DNA of 64,000 nucleotides from assembly GCA_965197525.1 (NCBI GenBank), contig OZ240211.1, forward strand, positions 1,024,001 to 1,088,000. The letters run 5' to 3'. Both the position numbers and the translations under genes were made by a program. Shown one piece after another: positions 40,480-49,692 of this stretch. The stretch comes from Nitrosopumilus sp. Lineage in GTDB: Archaea; Thermoproteota; Nitrososphaeria; Nitrososphaerales; Nitrosopumilaceae. Each line of letters begins with the position of its first letter. The stretch's first letter is position 1. Under the pieces are notes generated by a model. It was not told the origin of the DNA, did no database searches, and saw nothing but the letters and a program-made list of their open reading frames with translations.

Positions 40480-41636
40480 TGGTAGAAGATTTAAGGCTTG
40501 ATAGTTTGGAGGGCGTAGGTCCTGTAACTACAAGAAAACTATCTGATGCAGGCATCCATAACGTAATGGATCTCATCGTAAGAGGTCCTGTTGAAATTTC
40601 AGAGATAACTGGAATGGAAAAGGACACAGCTGAGAAAATTGTCAATAAAGCTCGTCAACACCTAGTTGAAGGAGGATTGATTGGCAAAGATTTTGTCAGT
40701 GCAAGTGAGATCTACAAACAGCGACAAAATATCGGTAAAATTACAACCGGTACAAACTGTCTGGATACGTTATTTGATGGCGGCATAGAGACCCAAGCAT
40801 TAACAGAAGTTTATGGAGAGTTTGGTTGTGGTAAAACTCAATTTGCTCATACATTATCTGTAATGGTTCAAAAAAGCAAAGAAGAAGGAGGTCTTGATGG
40901 TGGCGTGTTATACATTGACACTGAGAATACTTTCAGACCTGAAAGAATCGTATCCATTGCCCAAGCACACGAGATGGAACCAGAAAAGGTTTTAGATAGA
41001 ATCATAGTTGCTCGTGCATATAACAGTGCACATCAGACATTGATTTTAGAAGAAGCGGGATCAATAATTGAGGAGAACAATGTAAAACTAATTGTAGCCG
41101 ATTCTGCAGTTGGTTTATTCCGTTCTGAATATCTTGGAAGAGGTACGTTGTCAGTTAGACAACAAAAGTTAAACCACTTTGTTCATCTGCTGTCAAGAAT
41201 TGCAGAGACATACAACTGTGCTGCAGTTGCAACAAACCAAGTTATGGCATCACCTGATGTGTTTTTTGGAGACCCAACAAGACCTATCGGTGGAAATGTA
41301 GTTGCGCATACTAGCACCTATAGAATCTACTTTAAGAAATCAGGTAAGAAGAGAATCGCCAGAATGGTTGACAGTCCTCATCATCCCGAAGAAGAAGTAA
41401 TCTTTGCACTAGGTGAAGCAGGTGTTATTGATCCTGAAGACGCAGATAAGAAACCAAAAAAGAGCGCAGCAGTTAAGAAAACAGCTGCTAAAAAGACAAA
41501 GACATCAAAAGAAGAGAAAGAAGTAACAGCAGAGACACCAGAAGTTGAGGTTACGCCAGAGACACCAGAAGTTGAGGTTACGCCAGATAGCAGCAGCGAT
41601 GCTGAATCTGACGATTTAGAACCAGTAAAAGAATAA
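40479..41636 (+). CDS. radA: DNA repair and recombination protein RadA with charged C-terminal tail
   Basis: GEFGCGKTQ, YIDTENTFRPER, RSEYLGRG, GGNVVAH; 27-bp tandem duplication at 41530-41587. Confidence 0.96.
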   Translation: MVEDLRLDSLEGVGPVTTRKLSDAGIHNVMDLIVRGPVEISEITGMEKDTAEKIVNKARQHLVEGGLIGKDFVSASEIYKQRQNIGKITTGTNCLDTLFDGGIETQALTEVYGEFGCGKTQFAHTLSVMVQKSKEEGGLDGGVLYIDTENTFRPERIVSIAQAHEMEPEKVLDRIIVARAYNSAHQTLILEEAGSIIEENNVKLIVADSAVGLFRSEYLGRGTLSVRQQKLNHFVHLLSRIAETYNCAAVATNQVMASPDVFFGDPTRPIGGNVVAHTSTYRIYFKKSGKKRIARMVDSPHHPEEEVIFALGEAGVIDPEDADKKPKKSAAVKKTAAKKTKTSKEEKEVTAETPEVEVTPETPEVEVTPDSSSDAESDDLEPVKE

Positions 41637-41718
41637 ACCCTTCTCTTTTTCTCTTATTTTTTTTATTTTTGTAGTATTGATTAAATTATAATAACATTTG
41701 AAAACTTACCAATACATC

Positions 41719-42813
41719 ATGACAGACCTCTATCGTTTACTTCCAGAAGAGATGGAGCAGCTGGTAATCAAGATGGGTTACCCCAGATACAGGGCAGATC
41801 AAATTCTATTACCATTGTATTACAAGTTTCCTAAAGAGATCTCAGAGATTAAACAACTACCAAAGAAAATGCAAAAAGATCTAGAAGATTTGGGTTACAC
41901 GATAGGATCATCAAAAGAGATTCATCGTGTTGTAAGTGAGGATGGAGATACGACAAAATTGCTGTTGGCGTTGAAGGATAATGATAACACAGATGAGGAT
42001 GGAGATAATAACGACAGATATGTTGAAGCTGTCCTGATGCAATATGACGCAACAAAGATTGGAGGCCGTCGCAGATCAACAATCTGCGTGTCCACTCAGA
42101 TTGGATGTGCAATGAAATGCGTGTTTTGCGCAACAGGTCAAATGGGTTTTGAAACGAATCTGAGAGCAGAGCATATTGTATCACAAGTGATTCATTTCGC
42201 AGAGTTGCTTGAAGAACGCGGCGAACACGTAACAAATTTGGTCTTTATGGGGATGGGAGAACCGATGGCAAACTATGATGAGATGATTAGAGCTGTAAGA
42301 ATCCTAACGCATGATAGGGGATTTGGATTAGGTCAGCGACACATAACAATATCCACTATTGGAATAAAATCAGGAATAGACAAACTAGCAAAAGAAGACC
42401 TGCAGATTGGTCTTGCAATATCATTACATGCGCCAAATAACGAGTTACGTAAGAGGCTGGTTCCTACTGCAAGTATGAACTCTGTTGAGGAGATTATAGC
42501 ATCAGGAAGAGATTATTTTAAAAAAACTGGCAGGCGTGTGACATTTGAGTATGCCTTGATAAAGGGAATAAACGATTCACAGGATATAGCAACACAGCTG
42601 GCCAGACTTTTGAGAGGAAATGGATCACATGTAAACCTGATTCCTATTAATCAGACGGCCGGTGACTTTCAGCGACCGACAAAGAAGAGTATCGCAGAGT
42701 TTGAGCGAATTCTGCTAGATGCAGGCGTGAACTGTACAGTTCGTGTAGAGAAAGGAACAGAGATCTCAGCTGCTTGCGGTCAGCTTCGGACAGATGTAGT
42801 GGCTAACTCTTAG
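41719..42813 (+). CDS. rlmN: RlmN-family radical SAM RNA methyltransferase
   Basis: CVSTQIGCAMKCVFC, MGMGEP, ISLHA, EYALI, ISAACGQL. Confidence 0.92.
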   Translation: MTDLYRLLPEEMEQLVIKMGYPRYRADQILLPLYYKFPKEISEIKQLPKKMQKDLEDLGYTIGSSKEIHRVVSEDGDTTKLLLALKDNDNTDEDGDNNDRYVEAVLMQYDATKIGGRRRSTICVSTQIGCAMKCVFCATGQMGFETNLRAEHIVSQVIHFAELLEERGEHVTNLVFMGMGEPMANYDEMIRAVRILTHDRGFGLGQRHITISTIGIKSGIDKLAKEDLQIGLAISLHAPNNELRKRLVPTASMNSVEEIIASGRDYFKKTGRRVTFEYALIKGINDSQDIATQLARLLRGNGSHVNLIPINQTAGDFQRPTKKSIAEFERILLDAGVNCTVRVEKGTEISAACGQLRTDVVANS

Positions 42814-42946
42814 ACTTGGGTTGTAAGATTAATGGACTGATCATGATATAGGTATTTGAGCTTGTTATGTTGAAAAAGCCACAACCTCTACAATGTAATT
42901 AGAATAAATACACAAATAATAATTAAAAAACAGAGTAGGAAAAATA

Positions 42947-43564
42947 TTGAGAGTAAACTGCAACAAAGAAGGAGTCAGACAGGCCGTAAAAGTGATCAAA
43001 CAAGGTGGAGTGACAGTATTTCCAACAGATACAGTATACGGAATAGGATGTGACCCATACAACAAAAGATCAGTAGAAAGGATCTACAAGATTAAATCAA
43101 GGGATGTATCAAAAGCCCTACCAGTATTAGCATACTCTGAGCAAATAGCTGCAAGAATTGTGGATTTTGACAGCGCTACTAAAAGAATTGTTAAAAAATT
43201 TTGGCCAGGTCCGCTAACAGTTATTCTAAAACTAACAGATGAAACGATTAGAGAATCACTGAACTTGAAAGACAAGATTGCAATAAGGGTACCCAACTCC
43301 AAATGTGCATTAGAGCTGCTAAAAGAATGTAATTTTCTTGTAGGAACTAGTGCAAATATTTCTGGAGGCCCACCGTATACTAATCCTGATGAATGCTTCA
43401 AAAATTTACATGATTATGATATTTTTGTTGATGGGGGAATAATTCCAGGTAATGCAGAGTCAACGATAATTGAGATAAAAGAGGATGGTGATGGTGATGG
43501 TGAGAGAATTGAGATGATTCGACAGGGCGCTGTGAGCAAAGAGGAGATTGTAGAATTATTATGA
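42947..43564 (+). CDS. Threonylcarbamoyl-AMP synthase Sua5/TsaC
   Basis: FPTDTVYGIGC, FWPGPLT, TSANISG. Confidence 0.93.
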   Translation: MRVNCNKEGVRQAVKVIKQGGVTVFPTDTVYGIGCDPYNKRSVERIYKIKSRDVSKALPVLAYSEQIAARIVDFDSATKRIVKKFWPGPLTVILKLTDETIRESLNLKDKIAIRVPNSKCALELLKECNFLVGTSANISGGPPYTNPDECFKNLHDYDIFVDGGIIPGNAESTIIEIKEDGDGDGERIEMIRQGAVSKEEIVELL

Positions 43565-44085
43565 ATTTGATAGTTACGTGCGCTAGACATCTTGAATCAG
43601 ATACAGAAGATGAGCTATTGGATGTTTTAGAAGAGTTAGGAGATGCAGATGCCAAAGTCTCAATTACAAACATGTCAGGAATTGTAACAGTAGAGACAAG
43701 GATTGATCCTATCGAAGTCGTAAGAAAGATCAAAGAGAAGATTCTAGATGAACCATGGAGTATTAGATACTGTCTGAGAATCATACCAATACAAAAGGTC
43801 ATCAGAGCAGAGATTGAAGAGATAGAGCAGAGTGCTACAGATTTGGCCAATAGCCAGATTTCAGATGATGAGACATACAGAATACTAGTTGAAAAAAGAA
43901 ATTCAAATATGTCAAGTCAGGAAATAATTACAAAGATAGCAAATAAAATAAAAAACAAGGTATCACTAGAATTGCCTGATAAGACTCTCTTGATTGAAAT
44001 TTTAGGGAATGTTGCAGGCATCTCTGTACTAAAAAAAGATGATATACTAAGCATGGAAAAAATTAAGCGAAGTATGTCAGAGTAA
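43561..44085 (+). CDS. THUMP-domain protein
   Basis: YRILVEKR..KVSLELPD..IEILG. Confidence 0.85.
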   Translation: MNLIVTCARHLESDTEDELLDVLEELGDADAKVSITNMSGIVTVETRIDPIEVVRKIKEKILDEPWSIRYCLRIIPIQKVIRAEIEEIEQSATDLANSQISDDETYRILVEKRNSNMSSQEIITKIANKIKNKVSLELPDKTLLIEILGNVAGISVLKKDDILSMEKIKRSMSE

Positions 44086-44850
44086 TACTGCTGCCTTTTC
44101 CACTAGAATATCTTCTAGAGGATTTTTTGAGTATATAGAACCAAGATGTTTTTTCGTTATTTTGAAATGTTTTTTCAAGTACAACTCGTGATTTTTGGAA
44201 AACAGGTTTGCAGATAATGGTAACAGGTCATTGTATAGCAAATTCAGAGTTCTTTTATTTCCAATTGCAATTAGAATAAAGTTAGTTTTCGGCTTGATGC
44301 CTGCATTTTTTATGGCATTAGAGATTTGTGTAGTTAGTGCAAAACGCATAAGGATATCGGTCTCAAGTTTGTTTGAAAGTAAGATATTATTTTTTTGAGA
44401 TTCAAAAGATAACGAAAGGATTTTTTGTAGATGATAACTGTTTAAAATCAGGTTACTTGATACGGCTTGAAGTAAGATTGTGGGATATCTGTTTCTCAGA
44501 TTGTCGAGGAAATGGACGTCAGTTGATAGCTGACCTTTAATCTCAGTTACTTGGATCTGTTTTCTTGCATACGTGAAAGTTAATCTTTTTGATGCACCAC
44601 CATGTATGATTGGAATGATGCTTACCAGATCGTTATTTTTGATTATTGTGGATCTTCCATTCATGGCAGATGAATCTGCACCATTTATTGCAATTAGAAC
44701 ATTGTCAGTATCAAGATTAGGAGAATCAAGAGGTTTTAGTTCTAAAAGTAAGTTGATTAATTCTTGAATAGATATGTCAGATTTGTCAATCTCTAAATGT
44801 TCAGTAGGAAATGATTTTTTGGCCCCGCCAACAAATTTTACAGTAAACAT
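44077..44850 (-). CDS. ThiS/MoaD-like ubiquitin-fold domain fused to KEOPS subunit Cgi121
   Basis: N-terminal VLIAING..DLVSIIPIIHGG; C-terminal LETDILMRFALTTQISNAI..G. Confidence 0.8.
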   Translation of the reverse strand: MFTVKFVGGAKKSFPTEHLEIDKSDISIQELINLLLELKPLDSPNLDTDNVLIAINGADSSAMNGRSTIIKNNDLVSIIPIIHGGASKRLTFTYARKQIQVTEIKGQLSTDVHFLDNLRNRYPTILLQAVSSNLILNSYHLQKILSLSFESQKNNILLSNKLETDILMRFALTTQISNAIKNAGIKPKTNFILIAIGNKRTLNLLYNDLLPLSANLFSKNHELYLKKHFKITKKHLGSIYSKNPLEDILVEKAAVLL

Positions 44851-44894
44851 GTCTATCTAATGCAAAATTTACAAATTAATATTTAATTTACTAT

Positions 44895-45668
44895 TCATTC
44901 AGTTGCTGGTGCGGGTTCAGGTTCTTCAGCTGCCGGTGTTGGTGCTGGTGCGGGTTCAGGTTCTTCAGCTGCCGGTGTTGGTGCTGGTGCGGGTTCAGGT
45001 TCTTCAGCTGCCGGTGTTGGTGCTGGTGCGGGTTCAGGTTCTTCAGCTGCCGGTGTTGGTGCTGGTGCGGGTTCAGGTTCTTCAGCTGCCGGTGTTGGTG
45101 CTGGTGCGGGTTCAGGTTCTTCAGCTGCCGGTGTTGGTGCTGGTGCGGGTTCAGGTTCTTCAGCTGCCGGTGTTGGTGCTGGTGCGGGTTCAGGTTCTTC
45201 AGCTGCCGGTGTTGGTGCTGGTGCGGGTTCAGGTTCTTCAGCTGCCGGTGTTGGTGCTGGTGCGGGTTCAGGTTCTTCAGCTGCCGGTGTTGGTGCTGGT
45301 GCGGGTTCAGGTTCTTCAGCTGCCGGTTCGCCCACAGTAGCAATTTCATCTGTCGATACAGCATTATCATCATTCGTTGACTCTACAACGGTTTCATTAA
45401 TCGATTCTTGAACGTTATTACTTGGATCAGATTGTTCTTCGGCTTGCTGCTCAGCTTTTGAGGCTTCAATTCTATCTTGTTTGATCTTTTCTTCACGAAT
45501 CTCTTTTTTAGTATATTTTGTAATGTATCCAGCAACTTTATTTTTTAACTTTTTAGAGCGTACAATAGAAATTTCGTCTAAAACTTTTTTATTTTCAGCA
45601 AAATCTTCTCCAAAACGTGATTTGTGTACAGCGAGAACTTTGTTTGAAAGGCTCTTTATTCTATCCAC
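44895..45668 (-). CDS. rps17e: 30S ribosomal protein S17e with long acidic Pro/Ala repeat tail
   Basis: DFAENKKVL..SKKLKNKVAGYIT; probable GTG start 45668. Confidence 0.9.
   Translation of the reverse strand: MDRIKSLSNKVLAVHKSRFGEDFAENKKVLDEISIVRSKKLKNKVAGYITKYTKKEIREEKIKQDRIEASKAEQQAEEQSDPSNNVQESINETVVESTNDDNAVSTDEIATVGEPAAEEPEPAPAPTPAAEEPEPAPAPTPAAEEPEPAPAPTPAAEEPEPAPAPTPAAEEPEPAPAPTPAAEEPEPAPAPTPAAEEPEPAPAPTPAAEEPEPAPAPTPAAEEPEPAPAPTPAAEEPEPAPAPTPAAEEPEPAPATE
44905..45327 (-). repeat. 39-bp perfect tandem repeat, 10.8 copies (AAEEPEPAPAPTP)
   Basis: GCTGGTGCGGGTTCAGGTTCTTCAGCTGCCGGTGTTGGT units over 423 bp. Confidence 0.95.
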
Positions 45669-45693
45669 TCCTACGATGTTAGGTGTGCTGTTT

Positions 45694-46485
45694 TTATATG
45701 TTTGTAAGAAATGAGTTTGAATTGCGTTCCAATAGAGACGCCATCTCATCAAATGACTTGCCTAAAATACTTGCTGCACAAAAAATCACACTAGGTATAA
45801 AGCTGATTTGTGCAGGCTTTGCTTCAAAACATCTAGAAAACCTTACAGGACCGTCAGTTTCAACCAAGATTTTTGACTCGTCGGTTTTGGACAGCAAAGT
45901 CTGCTTGTCATTTGCGTAAATCATAACCGGTCCATATGATACAAAAAACTCCATATCCATTGCTTTTTGAAGTTGTTTCTTACTACCATCAAACCAATGA
46001 AGCAACGCATGTTTTGTATTATAAGAGGTCATAATTTCAAAGACATCATCAAGACTTTTTCGTGAATGAATTGATATGGGTTTGTCAAATTTTTCTGCCA
46101 GGGATAACAAAGTTTCAAACACGTGACGCTGTCTTTTAGGGATACCATTACTATCGTCATTGTTATAGTCATTACCGCTGTCATGATCTCGAAAGGTTGG
46201 ATCTAGTCCAATTTCACCTATGCCAGAAATAGTACGATGATTTTCTTCAATTAAATTAACGGTATCTTCAAGCACGTCATTTGCACATTCGGGATGAACC
46301 CCAACAAAAGGCAGGATCAACTCACTTGTGCGTGCAAGCTCTAGAGTTGCCAATGAATTCTCATAATCCATGGATACACAACATGCTTTAATTTTTAAAT
46401 ATTCCATCTCATTTAAGATGGATTCCATATAAGGACGATAGACCGGATCGGACAAATGTATGTGAGAGTCAAAATACCAAGTCAA
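45694..46485 (-). CDS. tatD: TatD-family hydrolase/DNase
   Basis: DSHIHL, GEIGLD, IHSR, HWF, ETDGP. Confidence 0.92.
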   Translation of the reverse strand: MTWYFDSHIHLSDPVYRPYMESILNEMEYLKIKACCVSMDYENSLATLELARTSELILPFVGVHPECANDVLEDTVNLIEENHRTISGIGEIGLDPTFRDHDSGNDYNNDDSNGIPKRQRHVFETLLSLAEKFDKPISIHSRKSLDDVFEIMTSYNTKHALLHWFDGSKKQLQKAMDMEFFVSYGPVMIYANDKQTLLSKTDESKILVETDGPVRFSRCFEAKPAQISFIPSVIFCAASILGKSFDEMASLLERNSNSFLTNI

Positions 46486-46581
46486 TTCCTCATAAAACTA
46501 GAAACTAGTCTGTATAAATCGATTCCTTTGTGATATTTTTTTACTCAATGCCTTTTTTCAGAAAAAATTAGAGCAAAAATC

Positions 46582-46803
46582 ATGAAATCATCAGAATTGG
46601 GATTATCAGCAATGTATAGAATTTTGAAGAAGGCCGGAGCAGAGAGAGTCAGTGATGAATCAGCAGATGAGCTACGAAGAGTAATCGAAAATATGGCAGA
46701 CAGTATTGCTAAAAGTGCAGTAGAGATGGCAAGTCATGCCAATAGAAAGACGGTAAAAGGAGAAGATGTGAAACTGGCTTCAAAACCATTTAATAGATTC
46801 TAA
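46582..46803 (+). CDS. Archaeal histone (HMf-like)
   Basis: RILKKAGAERVS..A..HANRKTVKGEDV. Confidence 0.93.
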   Translation: MKSSELGLSAMYRILKKAGAERVSDESADELRRVIENMADSIAKSAVEMASHANRKTVKGEDVKLASKPFNRF

Positions 46804-46983
46804 CTGTGCCTGTTTGATAGAATTCCTAAAACGAGTAGAACAAGCAACGGATGATGAGGATGGTTGGCAATGCCTAGTATTCTAAGACGGTATTTATCAT
46901 CTAAATATTTAAAATAATACTAACCAAGTCAAGACGCTAGCATACTTTGCAGACAAAAAATAAATGCAGATAAGATGAAAGTA

Positions 46984-48076
46984 TACTGATAATCAAAAGT
47001 TTATCGGTATGTAAATTTTACCAGACCACAAACCGTATTGGTTACATCATACCAAACTTATGTATGGACACAAAACCCGAAGATCTCAAAAAAGCGTACA
47101 AGAAGGAAAAGGACATCAGAATCAAAGTTAGAATGGTTGCAGTCAACATGGTCGTCTTTAACAACGAAAGCATTACGCATACGGCAGATTTGCTCATGCA
47201 ATGTCCTGATTGGGTGTCCTCGTGGGTCAAACGCTTCAAGGAAGAGGGCCTAGAAGGCCTCCGGGATCTTCCCCGCACCGGACGGCCGCCCAAAGTGTCA
47301 CTCAAAGAGATCAACGGAATTCTCTCAAAGACAAATTACATCACTACACCGAAGATACTTCATGAAGACATCCACAAAAAATATGGGATAAAATACCACA
47401 TGACATCTGTCAGAAGAATACTGCAACGCTGTAACATGTCTGCCAAGACACCGCGACGTGTACACGTCAACAGAGCAAACATGGATGATATACGTAGATG
47501 GCAACGCAACGCAAAAAAGCACATTTCACGCCTGACAAAGGAGGGTTTTACCATCCTAATACAAGACGAGTCAATCTTTACCCATGATCCTATTACTGGT
47601 GTCAAGTACTGGTCATTGAAGGGAGAGCGGATCACAGTCGGATACAATGGGAAACATAAAAAATCCATAGTGTACGGAGCGATTACAATTGATGGACGAA
47701 GGTTATTCCGTACATACGACAAGTTTGACAAGGAGACGTTTCTTGCATATCTCAAGGAGTTACATCGACGTTTTGGACGAATATTGGTAATAACAGACAG
47801 TGCACGGCAACATACTGCATTTATAGTAAATGATTTTGTATCACAAAACAAGGATGTAAGAATGTTATACCTGCCGACTGCAACACCAGAGCTTAGTGCC
47901 ATTGAAGAGTACTGGCATCAGGCAAAACGTGACATATTGGTATCAGAATATTATGCCACGTTTGAGAATATGCGTCATGTGTTATCACAATACATCAGGA
48001 CATCAGGACCAAGGCTTGACGTGATGAGATATATTGGCAGGAATCCCTGATCCCGATAAACTTTTGATTATCAGTA
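46984..48076 (+). mobile_element. IS630-family insertion sequence
   Basis: Perfect 24-bp TIRs TACTGATAATCAAAAGTTTATCGG at 46984-47007 and 48053-48076, flanked by TA at 46982-83 and 48077-78. Confidence 0.93.
47064..48050 (+). CDS. IS630 transposase
   Basis: HTH, GRPPK, QDES, TDSARQH, PELSAIEEYW. Confidence 0.92.
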   Translation: MDTKPEDLKKAYKKEKDIRIKVRMVAVNMVVFNNESITHTADLLMQCPDWVSSWVKRFKEEGLEGLRDLPRTGRPPKVSLKEINGILSKTNYITTPKILHEDIHKKYGIKYHMTSVRRILQRCNMSAKTPRRVHVNRANMDDIRRWQRNAKKHISRLTKEGFTILIQDESIFTHDPITGVKYWSLKGERITVGYNGKHKKSIVYGAITIDGRRLFRTYDKFDKETFLAYLKELHRRFGRILVITDSARQHTAFIVNDFVSQNKDVRMLYLPTATPELSAIEEYWHQAKRDILVSEYYATFENMRHVLSQYIRTSGPRLDVMRYIGRNP

Positions 48077-48188
48077 TAATACCATGTGAGATTTTACAAC
48101 TCTTGGAATTTATGCTAAAATATACAGGCCTCAGAGCAATAATACAGAAATAGATAAAAAATATTAACATCGTCCAACAAAATAGGGC

Positions 48189-48728
48189 ATGGAACCAGAT
48201 TATCACACCATGACAACAGATCTTTTAAACTCTGGAATGGGAGATAGTGGCAGGTTAAGATTCATTTTAGAATGTATTGCAAAGAACAAGCCGCTGTACA
48301 GGACAGACAGAATATTTCTAGAATCACTAAGTAAAACACTAGAATTAAAGATTCAAAAACTAGAGAATAAGACACAAAAAACCAGCAAACAAAAAAAGAT
48401 TACAAAAACATCTAGGAAAAATACAACCACGACGGCAAAAAAGGAATCAAAGACAGAGAAAGTAGCAACAACCACCACTACTGCAAAAAAGGAATCAAAG
48501 ACAAAGAAAGTAGCAGAAGAGACTGTGACTGAGCCTAAAACTACAAAAAAGATTATCGATGATGTTGATACGGGAAGGGATGACAAATCAAGAACGCTGA
48601 TCTCTGATGAATATCTAGACAAGCACATAGATCAGATAGATGACAAAAGAAAGCCAAGAAAAGTACCACCAGAAGAACCAGTCAGGGAGAGGAAAAAATC
48701 TTTCTTGGGAAGACTGTTTTCAAGATGA
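48189..48728 (+). CDS. Hypothetical protein with Lys/Thr-rich insert
   Basis: 179-aa ORF; 33-bp imperfect duplication at 48435 and 48483. Confidence 0.7.
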   Translation: MEPDYHTMTTDLLNSGMGDSGRLRFILECIAKNKPLYRTDRIFLESLSKTLELKIQKLENKTQKTSKQKKITKTSRKNTTTTAKKESKTEKVATTTTTAKKESKTKKVAEETVTEPKTTKKIIDDVDTGRDDKSRTLISDEYLDKHIDQIDDKRKPRKVPPEEPVRERKKSFLGRLFSR

Positions 48729-48807
48729 TGATGATAGAATAGACATACAATCCAAGATACTGCGTTTAATCTAAAGAGTTTAATTATTCATTTTGTGTTT
48801 TTAAAAC

Positions 48808-48879
48808 GGTGCGGTGGCAGAACGGTTATGCGTGAGCCTGCAAAGCTCATACAAGGGGGTTCGACTCCCTCCCTCACCT
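48808..48879 (+). tRNA. tRNA-Cys(GCA)
   Basis: Anticodon arm TGAGC-CTGCAAA-GCTCA; T-loop TTCGACT; discriminator U; one C:U mismatch in the acceptor stem. Confidence 0.9.
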
Positions 48880-48882
48880 TTT

Positions 48883-49341
48883 TTACTTGACAACCACTTG
48901 ACCATACATCCAAGGATGCAGAGTGCAGAAATAGTCATAGGTGCCTGCATCATCAAAAGTAAACGTAAAGGAGTCATACGGATCCATATATCCGCTATCA
49001 AATAATTCAGTAGGCACGTCATAGCTGCCAGAAGTGACACTATGAAACGCTGAATCCTCATTAACCCATGTAATTGGTTTGCCTGACTGAATAGTAATCA
49101 CAGATGGTATGTAGCACTGACCAGTCTCCTCACATCCAGGTCTAGAGGCTTTTGTGGGCATTACTACATCGCTTGTAGTAATTGGTTCAACAGATTCCTT
49201 TTGCACTACGTTTACTTTTTCTTTTTCTGCTTCTTCGTCTGCTAGTCCGGCATACTCTGGAATCGCTATACTAGCAATTACAAGTAACATCACTACAGTT
49301 ACTCCAGTGACTATTCCTACAGCAGTTATTTTCGTTAACAA
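48883..49341 (-). CDS. Plastocyanin/azurin-family blue copper protein
   Basis: HSVT..YFCTLHPWM type-1 copper ligands; N-terminal TM helix. Confidence 0.92.
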   Translation of the reverse strand: MLTKITAVGIVTGVTVVMLLVIASIAIPEYAGLADEEAEKEKVNVVQKESVEPITTSDVVMPTKASRPGCEETGQCYIPSVITIQSGKPITWVNEDSAFHSVTSGSYDVPTELFDSGYMDPYDSFTFTFDDAGTYDYFCTLHPWMYGQVVVK

Positions 49342-49488
49342 TATGTCATCATCCCAAAACGTATGATAAGACCATCTAACTATCTAAATATATAACATTC
49401 AAAAGAACTGCAAACACAAATCCCCGTACCGGATACGTATAACGTCAACTATGAATAAACAGAATGCAGAGTTAATGAATATTCCAGA

Positions 49489-49692
49489 ATGTTTTTTATA
49501 TTGATTAAAAAAACAAAAATCGTTTTGGGAACGAAAAAAAAGTGCGTGATTTGTAACGAGCAGATAGGATTTCATTTCAAGGCCATGCAGGAGTGGAAGA
49601 TAGAGGGATTGATGTGTGGAAAATGCTACTCTAAAAAACTCAACGAACACTATCCAGGAGAGCATACTCGGGTAAACAAACACTTGGATTAG
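49489..49692 (+). CDS. Small zinc-finger protein
   Basis: CVIC..CGKC. Confidence 0.6.
   Translation: MFFILIKKTKIVLGTKKKCVICNEQIGFHFKAMQEWKIEGLMCGKCYSKKLNEHYPGEHTRVNKHLD

Noticed and set aside
44891-45373. ORFs 44891..45373 and 44903..45340
   Set aside because: Other-frame readings of the 39-bp repeat
48801-49061. ORFs overlapping tRNA-Cys and the cupredoxin gene
   Set aside because: Explained by the tRNA and the copper protein
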